From: Macrostomum lignano
Taxonomy: Eukaryota
Direction: 5' to 3'
Assembly (NCBI GenBank): GCA_002269645.1
Contig: NIVC01000032.1
Location: forward strand, 186,001-250,000
DNA length: 64,000 bases
The notes beneath the pieces were generated by a model that did not search any database, was not told the DNA's origin, and saw only the letters and a list, made by a program, of their open reading frames with translations. Position numbers and translations under genes: made by a program. Below, piece by piece: positions 1 to 10,570 of this stretch (its first letter is position 1; the number at the start of each line of letters is the position of its first letter).

Positions 1-2609
1 TCTAGGGGGATGCTTGCTATCTCGGGAGATGCTTGCTATCTGGGGATGCTTGCTATCTGGGGAGATGCTTGCTATCTGGGTGGATGCTTGCTATCTGGGG
101 AGATGCTTGCTATCTGGGGATGCTTGCTATCTGGGGGGATGCTTGCTATCTGGGGAGATGCTTGCTATCTGGGGATGCTTGCTATCTGGGTGGATGCTTG
201 CTATCTGGGGAGATGCTTGCTATCTGGGGGGATGCTTGCTATCTGGGGGATGCTTGCTATCTGGGGGATGCTTGCTATCTCGGGAGATGCTTGCTATCTG
301 GGGATGCTTGCTATCTGGGGAGATGCTTGCTATCTGGGGATGCTTGCTATATGGGGATGCTTGCTATCTGGGGAGATGCTTGCTATCTGGGGGATGCTTG
401 CTATCTGGGGGGGGGGGGTGCTTGCTATCTGGGGAGATGCTTGCTATCTGGGTGGATGCTTGCCATCTGGGGAGATGCTTGCTATCTGGGTGGATGCTTG
501 CTATCTGGGTGGATGCTTGCTATCTGGGGTGATGCTTGCTATCTGGGGGGATGCTTGCTATCTGGGGGGATGCTTGCTATCTGGGGGGATGCTTGCTATC
601 TGGGTATGCTTGCTATCTGGGGATGCTTGCTATCTGGGGGGATGCTTGCTATCTCGGGAGATGCTTGCTATCTGGGGATGCTTGCTATCTGGGTGGATGC
701 TTGGATTGCTTGCTATCTGGGGATGCTTGCTATCTGGGGATGCTTGCTATCTGGGGAGATGCTTGCTATCTGGGGAGATGCTTGCTATCTGGGGAGATGC
801 TTGCTATCTGGGGAGATGCTTGCTATCTGGGGATGCTTGCTATCTGGGTGGATGCTTGCTATCTGGGGAGATGCTTGCTATCTGGGTGGATGCTTGGATT
901 GCTTGCTATCTGGGGGGATGCTTGCTATCTGGGGAGATGCTTGCTATCTGGGGATGCTTGCTCTCTGGGGAGATGCTTGGATTGCTTGCTATCTGGGGAG
1001 ATGCTTGGATTGCTTGCTATCTGGGGAGATGCTTGCTATCTGGGGATGCTTGCTATCTGGGTGGATGCTTGGATTGCTTGCTATCTGGGGATGCTTGCTA
1101 TCTGGGGATGCTTGCTATCTGGGGATGCTTGCTATCTGGGGATGCTTGCTATCTGGGGATGCTTGCTATCTGGGGATGCTTGCTATCTGGGGATGCTTGC
1201 TATCTGGGTGGATGCTTGGATTGCTTGCTATCTGGGGATGCTTGCTATCTGGGTGGATGCTTGGATTGCTTGCTATCTGGGGATGCTTGCTATCTGGGGA
1301 TGCTTGCTATCTGGGGAGATGCTTGCTATCTGGGGAGATGCTTGCTATCTGGGTGGATGCTTGGATTGCTTGCTATCTGGGGATGCTTGCTATCTGGGGA
1401 TGCTTGCTATCTGGGGAGATGCTTGCTATCTGGGAGATGCTTGCTATCTGGGGAGATGCTTGCTATCTGGGGAGATGCTTGCTATCTGGGGATGCTTGCT
1501 ATCTGGGTGGATGCTTGCTATCTGGGGAGATGCTTGCTATCTGGGTGGATGCTTGCTATCTGGGGGGATGCTTGCTATCTGGGGGGATGCTTGCTATCTG
1601 GGTGGATGCTTGGATTGCTTGCTATCTGGGGGGATGCTTGCTATCTGGGGAGATGCTTGCTATCTGGGGATGCTTGCTATCTGGGGAGATGCTTGCTATC
1701 TGGGGATGCTTGCTATCTGGGTGGATGCTTGCTATCTGGGGAGATGCTTGCTATCTGGGTGGATGCTTGCTATCTGGGGGGATGCTTGCTATCTGGGGGG
1801 ATGCTTGCTATCTCGGGAGATGCTTGCTATCTGGGGATGCTTGCTATCTGGGGAGATGCTTGCTATCTGGGGAGATGCTTGCTATCTGGGTGGATGCTTG
1901 CTATCTGGGGGATGCTTGCTATCTAGGGGATGCTTGCTATCTCGGGAGATGCTTGCTATCTGGGGATGCTTGCTATCTGGGGAGATGCTTGCTATCTGGG
2001 TGGATGCTTGCTATCTGGGGAGATGCTTGCTATCTGGGGATGCTTGCTATCTGGGGGGATGCTTGCTATCTGGGGAGATGCTTGCTATCTGGGGATGCTT
2101 GCTATCTGGGTGGATGCTTGCTATCTGGGGAGATGCTTGCTATCTGGGGGGATGCTTGCTATCTGGGGGGATGCTTGCTATCTGGGGGGATGCTTGCTAT
2201 CTCGGGAGATGCTTGCTATCTGGGGATGCTTGCTATCTGGGGAGATGCTTGCTATCTGGGGATGCTTGCTATATGGGGATGCTTGCTATCTGGGGAGATG
2301 CTTGCTATCTGGGGGATGCTTGCTATCTGGGGGGGGGGGGTGCTTGCTATCTGGGGAGATGCTTGCTATCTGGGTGGATGCTTGCCATCTGGGGAGATGC
2401 TTGCTATCTGGGTGGATGCTTGCTATCTGGGTGGATGCTTGCTATCTGGGGTGATGCTTGCTATCTGGGGGGATGCTTGCTATCTGGGGGGATGCTTGCT
2501 ATCTGGGGGGATGCTTGCTATCTGGGTATGCTTGCTATCTGGGGATGCTTGCTATCTGGGGGGATGCTTGCTATCTCGGGAGATGCTTGCTATCTGGGGA
2601 TGCTTGCTA
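1..2609 (+). repeat. G-rich minisatellite/satellite, unit GATGCTTGCTATCTGGG(G/GG/GA/TG), 17-20 bp; left arm, continues beyond the window start
   Basis: Direct tandem repetition of gatgcttgctatctgggg with a variable G-run and occasional ttggattg inserts. 1-687 recurs at about 1922-2609. Confidence 0.98.
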
Positions 2610-3098
2610 CCCAGTGGGACTTTTCCGTCCGCCCCGATGTCCGCCCGCGCCTCCGCCCTTTTTTGGGCGACGGCCGCCCCATGGAGCTACGTGACCTCCG
2701 CCCCGGCGTCCGGGGCGGCGCCGCTGGGCGGAGCCTGATGAAATTTGCTCATAAGCCTACTATTAGTAGTAGAATTAGCACAAATTTCTTTTTTGCTGCA
2801 TTCACTCAGCATTTTTTTCACGATTTTTCTGCTCTTTGGATTTTTCGATTTTGGGATATTAGCGATCACTGGCTTCGTAATTAAGGCTATTAGAATGATT
2901 CAAAGACTTGTTCGCTTCGTTTTGTTCCTACTGGTGCAGGCAACTCCGTAATGTATATTTAAGTCATAGGTAGTTCGTGTATTTGAATTATTTGCAAGTA
3001 TTTTTAGGCATTAAAACATTTTATAAATAAGCGCAATAATTCATTAAAAAAAGAAATTACAAATGAATATTAGCAAAATCAGGAGTGAAGCGAGTCGG

Positions 3099-3327
3099 CA
3101 GGGGCGGATTGAGGGGGGGGGCATTAGGGCGGCCGCCCCCTATCAAAATAGCTTGATAAAAAAATATTTTTTTACCTAAGTTTAAAAACCTAAGTTTTTT
3201 GTGCATAGCTTCATTTTTTACTTTTAACACACTTTGCGCCCCCCTAGCTTAAAAATGGCGCCCCTCATACTCTTGATGGCGCCCCCACACTGGGACCCCC
3301 CGAAATGAAATTCCAGATCCGACACTT
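3099..3327 (+). mobile_element. Nested non-autonomous MITE, hAT-like (8-bp TSD)
   Basis: Ends CAGGGGCGGATT and AGATCCGACACTT are degenerate inverted termini. The flanks cgagtcgg (3091-3098) and cgagtcag (3328-3335) match 7/8. Internal gcgcccc repeats. Confidence 0.6.
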
Positions 3328-3593
3328 CGAGTCAGTTGTTAACTTTCCTCCACTTCAGCCAGCAACAGTAGCGGCCCGTGCAACGATCAGAAGTTTTTAA
3401 TCAAATAGGGGAACAAATGAACAAATGAACGATGTGAGGTCCCCCACCCTATTTTACCGACTTGAAACCCCGGACCTATGCGTATCTATGCATAACTAAG
3501 CAGCAACTCTTCTAAGCTCAATATCTTACAAAAGCACCTTAATTAGCCTATAGGCTTTCACATTTCTGATACTATTTTAACTATATTACGCAT

Positions 3594-6082
3594 TTAATCG
3601 TCACTGTAGTCGGAAGGACACCGAAACTCATCGTCACTCGACCCCATCAAATCATCCATTTCTCGAACAGCTCTGTTTACATTCGCACTGCGGCGCTTTG
3701 CTGCCCTCTGCTGCTGAGTAGGAGCTGGCCGCTTCTGGGCCCGCGGCGTAGCAGATGTGGTGGCCTGCGAAAGCCCGCTGGCTTGTGGAGTCGAGGCTGC
3801 GCTTCTTGCGTTGATTGAATTTGATGGCGTCATGGCACCGATTGTGTTGCGGCGATGCGACCGCCCCGAGATTCGGTCAGCTCCGTGCCTCAGGTACTGC
3901 CGCACTTGGCTAGCGACCAGATCCTGAGACGGCCTGCCGTCCTCCGCTCTGGTGCCGTAAATTGCTGAGACGGCATCTGCAATTCCAACAAGGGATGCAA
4001 AATAGGTCGATAACTATACAAGATTGTGGTATAAAATGACTATATCCGTGTAAAATAAGCATTATAATTATAATTGTTTTTATGGGTTACAGATTGCAAG
4101 AAGGGTTAGCTGCATTTAGCTTAATAACAGAATATCGTACCTTGGATGTAGCCCAAAAACTTGGATTGAAACGCGAGCTCCCGATCCGATAGCTCCGTGG
4201 CTGCACCAGACTGGCACACCCTGTTCCGCATGCCCTGTCCATTGAAATTGACAAGTGCTTGCAGTCGGGGCGTCAGGATGACATTGACCATGTCGGTGAC
4301 TGCAGTTGCCCAATCTCCGCGCCGGCATAGACGGAGATGATTAATCTGAGGGAAGTGACAGTAAGTTGGGTTCCAGCTTAATTTCGATTAATATAGAAAC
4401 GAAACTACTTTTACTACTTACTCCTCAGAAGCAGTAGCAAGTAGGGGAATTTTTTAATTAAAATAGGTTAACACTGAAACTTACCAAAGTCAAAACTCGC
4501 TCAGAAGGCAAATCAGCGAGGAAGCGAGCATACTCCTCCAGTGAACTCAGAGGTTCAAACAGCAAGCTGGCTGATTGCCCTGCCCGCTGATCCAGACGGG
4601 CCTGAATTCCAGCCAGTATGTTGATTATCTGCTGCTGGCTTTCCTCCAGTTTCATTGTCCGCTGGACCAGCTCTCGCAGCTGAGATACATGGAGGAATAC
4701 GAGGCCGTCAGTGGAATTTAAGGGCATTGGCGCAATAGACTGAAGCTGTTCTTGCAGCCTCTTGATTGGGCCCGGCCCGAACTGCAAGCGGACTGGCCGA
4801 TCGTCTGTGCCAGCAGCAGGTGTGCCAGCATCAGCAGCAGTGCTCAGTAGAGTTTTTTGAATCGTCGACGCCTCTGCAGCTGCCTTTGCCGCTTCCGCTT
4901 TTGCCACTGCCGCCTTCGCTGCTGCCGCCTTCGCCGCCGCCGCCTGTGCTGCTTTTGCCGCTGCCGCTTCCGCCGCTGCCGCTTCCGCCGCTGCCGCTTC
5001 CGCTGCTGCCGCTTCCGCCGCTATCGCTTCGGCCGCTGCCGCTTCCGCCGCTGCCCTTTCGGCCGCTGCCGCTTCCGCCGCTGCCCTTTCGGCCGCTGCC
5101 GCTTCCGCCGCTGCCCTTTCGGCCGCTGCCGCTTCCGCCGCTGCCCTTTCGGCCGCTGCCGCTTCCGCCGCTGCCCTTTCGGCCGCTGCCGCTTCCGCCG
5201 CTGCCCTTTCGGCCGCTGCCGCTTCCGCCGCTGCCGCTTCCGCCGCTGCCGCTTCCGCCGCTGCCGCTTCGGGCGCTGCCGCTTCTGCCGCTAAAGCCTC
5301 CGCAGCTGCGGCTGTGGAGGCCGCACTTTTAGAGGCTTCGATCTCTTTCGCTGCCGCAACCGCTGCTGGGGTCTCTGCGTTTCTAGCAGCAGCAAATGCC
5401 GGTGGAAGTGGCGGCAATGCAGAGCCTTTCGAAATCGTCGAATTCGTCGTGGCAACAAATTCAGCATCAGACTCCGGATCGCTTTGAAAGAAATCATCCG
5501 TGTTTGAGGCTGATCCAGTTGCCTCATTCTAAATAGGAGGATGTGGAAGGCAAACTACTCACTGAACCACTCATTCACTGACTCACCCACATACTGACCC
5601 ACTAGTTGACTTGGAATAACAGCTCACCCTTATTTGATAACGGCTGCGGGCCCTTCTCCAATCTTCGCGGGTGAAGACGCGTGGCTGCACTTTCTCTAGT
5701 ACATCGGCTAGCCGTTTCTTCTTCCTAATTAATTCTCTTGCGTAGCTGAAGCTACTGGCCTCCAGACAGTCTTCCATAATAACCTAAAATGATTTGTAGG
5801 TTATTTCTTGAATTTTTATGCATCAATTTCATTAGTTCATTTTTTTTTAAAATCACCGAAAATCAGAAAATGAATAAAATATTGTTAAATTCTTACCTGA
5901 ACAATGTAAGCTTCGTAATACTTTTCGTTGTACAGCACTTCACATTTCCATTTTAATGTACAATGGCTCCTATCGAGCCACTCCTGCTCTGTCAGATTTT
6001 TTAGATGTGAAGGCAGAATCACATCCTCTTCCATCATCTCAACTACTTGTCTGTCAATCGCAAAAACAACTAAAAATTTCAT
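3594..6082 (-). CDS. Transposon accessory gene, DUF4806-like C-terminus with central Ala/Glu helical repeat; 5 exons, 657 aa
   Basis: Exons 6082-5897, 5783-5628, 5528-4485, 4345-4141 and 3976-3594 join by GT-AG introns in consistent phase (1974 nt, no internal stop). The C-terminal motifs INHLRLCRRG...VNVILTPRLQALVNFNGQG...LAFQSK and VRQYLRHGADRISGR fit the DUF4806-type proteins that accompany this transposase family (recognised by eye). Confidence 0.78.
4915..5290 (-). repeat. Coding 15/30-bp tandem repeat encoding (EAAAA)n/(EAAAAERAAA)n
   Basis: Repeated gccgcttccgccgctgccctttcggccgct units on the + strand, in frame within exon 3 of the accessory gene. Confidence 0.9.
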
Positions 6083-6229
6083 TTTTAAACTTAAAAAATG
6101 ATTTTTTTGGATTGACAAAGCACGCAGATCGCACGACAATTGCACGGGGGAAGGTAGTAGAGCAGTTGAAAGTTAAGAAGACAAGTCATAGTTTCAAATA
6201 TCGGGGTGGCAGTGGCACCATTCAGCAAA

Positions 6230-6282
6230 TTAGCCAATGGGATCCGATTGCGGTTGGCCCGCCCTTTCGCTGGATTGGCTAA
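6230..6282. promoter_or_regulatory. Candidate bidirectional promoter: inverted CCAAT boxes flanking a GC box
   Basis: TTAGCCAAT (6230-6238) and ATTGGCTAA (6274-6282) form a perfect 9-bp inverted pair, with CCGCCC at 6259-6264. It lies between the two divergent start codons (6082 and 6414). Confidence 0.55.
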
Positions 6283-6413
6283 GCGCTCAGTGCGGGCGAT
6301 GGCAGAGTGTTGGTGTTGTTAATCTTACAATTTTTATTAGAAATTCTTGATCATTCAAATTTGATTATTTGTTTAAAATTTTATTGAGCGAAACGGAAAC
6401 GTAATTATACGTC

Positions 6414-8377
6414 ATGGCATCAAGGAGCAAACGAAGAAGAGCGGATGATTTCCTAATGACTAGGTTTCTCCGGGACGATGTCGGCTATGGCAAAGCAATG
6501 CCTGAAGCTAGCCCTGTAGAAGTTGATGTCACGGAGGAGCCGACAGAAACTGCTGAAGTTGAGGAAGAAGAAGCTGGCTTTGATGAGCTTCGGTCGCTGA
6601 GCAGCACTGACGATGAAGAGGAAGAGAAACCCCAGGATATTCGCTCAACAGAGAAGAAACTGCTGGACTTGCTGGTCAGTTTCTTCACCATCTTTGGCTA
6701 TTCCAGACCAGCGGCTATTTTCCTACTGGCCGGACTTCGTGCGATTGATTTGCCAGCACCTAACTATAAAACAGTCGAGCGAATTCTGAAAGAAGATCAA
6801 CCCACTGGAAAGACAACTCCAATGGGCAATGGACACTTCCGGTATGTGTCGATTCTTGATAACCTGCAGTTGCTGCTCAGCCAAGGTCTGCTGCGACTGA
6901 TGCCCGAGAATGAGCACCGTGATGATCAAAGTTCCACTCCTAAAGTGTTTAAGTTCGAAGGAATCGTCAATTGCGATGGTTTACCACTCTACCATTCGAG
7001 TGGATTCGGACTGTGGCCTATTTTAATGAAAATTCCTGGCGCATTCGCAAAGCCTTTTCCGGTGGGAGTTTGGGCCGGCGTTGGAAAACCTCCACTTTTG
7101 CCCTACCTTCAAGAATTTTGCCAAGAGGCCACAAAATTTCTTTCTGGTCCTGTCACAATTAGTAAAGACGTCTCCATTACTCTATCAACAATTTATTTCG
7201 TTTGCGACGCCCCCGCCCGAGCATTTTTAATGGCAACCTTGAATCACAACTCCTATCATGGCTGCAGCTATTGCCGAGCGGTAGGGCCTCGTGTTGCAAA
7301 CCGTGTGACTTATGCACTGACGGCTGGAGAAAGCCGCTGCGGAAAGATCTATCGCGCAGGGATGGAGAGGAACCAGGAAACAAAAAGCAGGATTCGTTCT
7401 CCGCTACTGGATTTGCCGAGCATAGATTTTGTCACGTCTTTTCCTCTTGATTATCAGCATGCTGTTTGTCTTGGTGTTGTTCGCAAGCTAATGAACTTAT
7501 ACTTTGGCAAAGGACCAGCCGGTGAATGCAAGCTTAATCCGACACAGTTGCGCCGAATGTCGGATAAGATCACTTTGGTTGCTTCGTGGACACCGACAGA
7601 GTTTCAGAGACGGCCTCGGCGAATTGATATAAACTTACAGTACATGAAAGCAACAGAATTTCGCCAATTTTTACTTTATTTGGGACCGATTCTGTTTCGA
7701 GGCTTCGTGCAGGAAAAATATATTAATCATTTCTTGCTTCTGCACTTTGCTCTATATGTCTACTCTGATAGGCGGCTGATCGACTTGTATGACCACGCTA
7801 AAAAATGTATTGAAGAATTCGTATTAAAAACAGCGGAACTTTTTGGACAGCAGTCCGTTAGTTATAACATTCATGCTTTGCTTCATTTAGATCAGTTCGT
7901 GCGGCAACACGCAGATATTAATTACTTCTCAACGTTTGCATTTGAAAACTATCTGGGTGCAGTGAAGCGAAGCATTAAAGTCACAAGGCACCTTGCAGCC
8001 CATTGCGTCCAACAAGTTTTTAAGGTGAGAAAGCAAACGCTGCTTCAAAACCACAGCATTCCGGCACTAAGATACCGGCCGACAGCAGGTGACAACTGCT
8101 GTTTTGTCGATGAAACCTGCAATACGTGCGTCTACATCGACAGCCTTTCAGCAAGTGGACTAGTTTCTGGCAGGATTCTTCTTCCGAGAGTGACGTTTAC
8201 TCGTACCCATACGAATCCCTCACGCTTGGAATTGGGATTTACCGCCTTACATCGATTGTCACTAGTGGTGTGCCGCAACGCAAATGCTGGATTTGGCCTT
8301 CAAAAAATCTGGATACCGAAGCAACTGACGCAGAAAGTCGTTTCTACGTTGTGCCTCTAACGGGCGACAGGGATTAG
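6414..8377 (+). CDS. CMC/EnSpm-family DDE transposase; the conserved C-terminus is in a shifted frame (8126-8377 ORF)
   Basis: Motifs DGLPL, WPIL, CDAPARAFL, H-x3-GCSYC, DYQHAVCLGV, KATEFRQFLLY, YNIHALLHL and FAFENYLG are typical of animal EnSpm-like transposases. The tail DVYSYPYESLTLGIGIY...KC...YVVPL lies in the -1 frame after about 8180. Confidence 0.88.
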
Positions 8378-9850
8378 ATTAGATATGAACTGATTCGTAA
8401 GTCAATTTTAACCCAACGTTTTTTTCAAGGTTTCTAAACAAGTGTATTGCCTAACTTATTGAAACTCGTATCATTTCCCACAGCTGTTTTGGAATCATCG
8501 ATCAGCTGCTTTGATTTCTCGACTCCGCCTCGCAGGGCTCGCATGCATCTACCGAAAAAAACTACTAGCTTATTCGACTGTGAACTGGCAATATCAATAC
8601 ACAAAGACAGAGACTGAAACATCGAGAACGCTAGACTGTTTTTTTTCTCTGTTCTGCTTTGCTCTCTTTGTTTTGCTTTGTTGAACCAAGATTTATAGCT
8701 ATATAGCTAATAGAAATCGTGGGACCCATTTTATTCATGGTCTGTGAACCCTGCTGGCCTGGACATGCCTGGATCAAACAGAGGCTCGAAATAAGCTTTT
8801 TTCTTATGGGGGTGGGGTATAACGAGACAGAGGCAGCTGTTGTGGCCATAAAAAATGTCGGCTCGACAGGCTTTGAGTTGCTCCGCTACACGATATATCT
8901 CTCTCGCAATTCAGTTCGAAATAAAATTGATACATACTTCCCCACCAACACACTGCCCGCTTCTTTGCTATCTATCAAACAGGCCTTTTCTGTTCGAACT
9001 CAGTCTCCCATAAAGTAAACAACTATATAACTTAGATTTTAGCTCAGTTCTAGCCCACAGACCTGCTTCTATCTGCTTCCATGAATGGCTTCGAAAAGGA
9101 ACACTTTTGGCGCAGCCAGAAATTTGAATCCACTTGGAGAGTGGAGGGAGTGGGCCTGTACAATATCGAAAATATACGATTCCCCATTCCCTTGCATTTT
9201 CTGTATCCCCTGTCACCCTTTTGCTGCGTTAACACCAGTACACCAGTGAATAGAGAGGCCAGCTAAATTTCCAAGACACTGCAGATCCGAACCGTCAAGA
9301 GAGCTTTTTTCTGAAAATAAAGTTCGTTCATTTCTTGACACTGAGTTAGGTGTGTCAATAATTTCAGCATTAACGACAGTTAGATTTATCAAATTTGAGT
9401 GTTGAGAACTATGTGTTTGAATAATTAAACTAACTTTTTATCAATATGTTTCATTAACTGGTTACTAACTCTTTTAAGGCTTATTAAGCCGTTAATACCC
9501 ATGTGAATGTTACAGTAACTATATTTTTTACGTTTTAATTACAAAGTTTAGCCTTTCAACAACAACGCTTAATCTGTTTTGCATGCTTGTCCTGTCTTAC
9601 ATTTACTACAATGAACAACAGTATCTGCTTGTAACTAACTGTACTTCGAGATTTGTGTGTCGTCTGAAACGAAAGAGTTGATATTTTTAGCGTGAGTTAC
9701 AAACGTACAAATATTACAAACTCAATAAAAATTTACAACCGCAACAAATTCACGGGGCGCTTTCATTAGGCAAAAATTTCACTTTGCTGAAAAGCACTCT
9801 CTTTCACTAGGCCGAACCTTATGTAAGAGCGTGCTCGGCAATGTGAAGTT

Positions 9851-10570
9851 CCTCTATCCTCTCTACCCTCTCTCCTTTCTACCCTCTCTTCTCTACCCTC
9901 TCCTCTCTACCCTCTCTCTTCTCTACCCTCTCTTTTCTCTACCCTCTCTCTTCTCTACCCTCTCTCTTCTCTACCCTCTCTCTTCTCTACCCTCTCTCTT
10001 CTCTACCCTCTCTCTTCTCTACCCTCTCTCTTCTCTACCCTCTCTCCTCTCTACCCTCTCTTCTCTACCCTCTCTCCTCTCTACCCTCTCTTCTCTACCC
10101 TCTCTCTTCTCTACCCTCTCTCTTCTCTACCCTCTCTCTTCTCTACCCTCTCTCCTCTCTACCCTCTCTCCTCTCTACCCTCTCTTCTCTACCCTCTCTC
10201 CTCTCTACCCTCTCTTCTCTACCCTCTCTCCTCTCTACCCTCTCTTCTCTACCCTCTCTCTTCTCTACCCTCTCTCTTCTCTACCCTCTCTCTTCTCTAC
10301 CCTCTCTCCTCTCTACCCTCTCTTCTCTACCCTCTCTCTTCTCTACCCTCTCTCTTCTCTACCCTCTCTTCTCTACCGTCTCTCTTCTCTACCCTCTCTC
10401 CTCTCTACCCTTTCTCCTCTCTACCCTCTCTCCTCTCTCCCTATTTCTTCTTTCTCTTCCTTCTCTCCTCTCCTCCCTCTCTCCCTTCTCTCGTCTCTTC
10501 CTTCTCCTCTTGTCTTCTTTCTTATCTCATCTCTCTCTGTCTCTGTCTCTCTCTGTCTCTCGATTGCGCC
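9851..10570 (+). repeat. Pyrimidine-rich minisatellite (ctctaccctctct(c/t)tt, 16-18 bp) and CT low complexity inside the transposon
   Basis: Direct tandem repetition, followed at 10690-11005 by a purine-rich low-complexity block. Confidence 0.9.

Noticed and set aside
4766-5332. Pro/Leu-rich and Cys/Arg-rich (protamine- or keratin-like) ORFs on the + strand
   Set aside because: They are antisense shadows of the Ala-repeat exon, which splices in frame on the minus strand.
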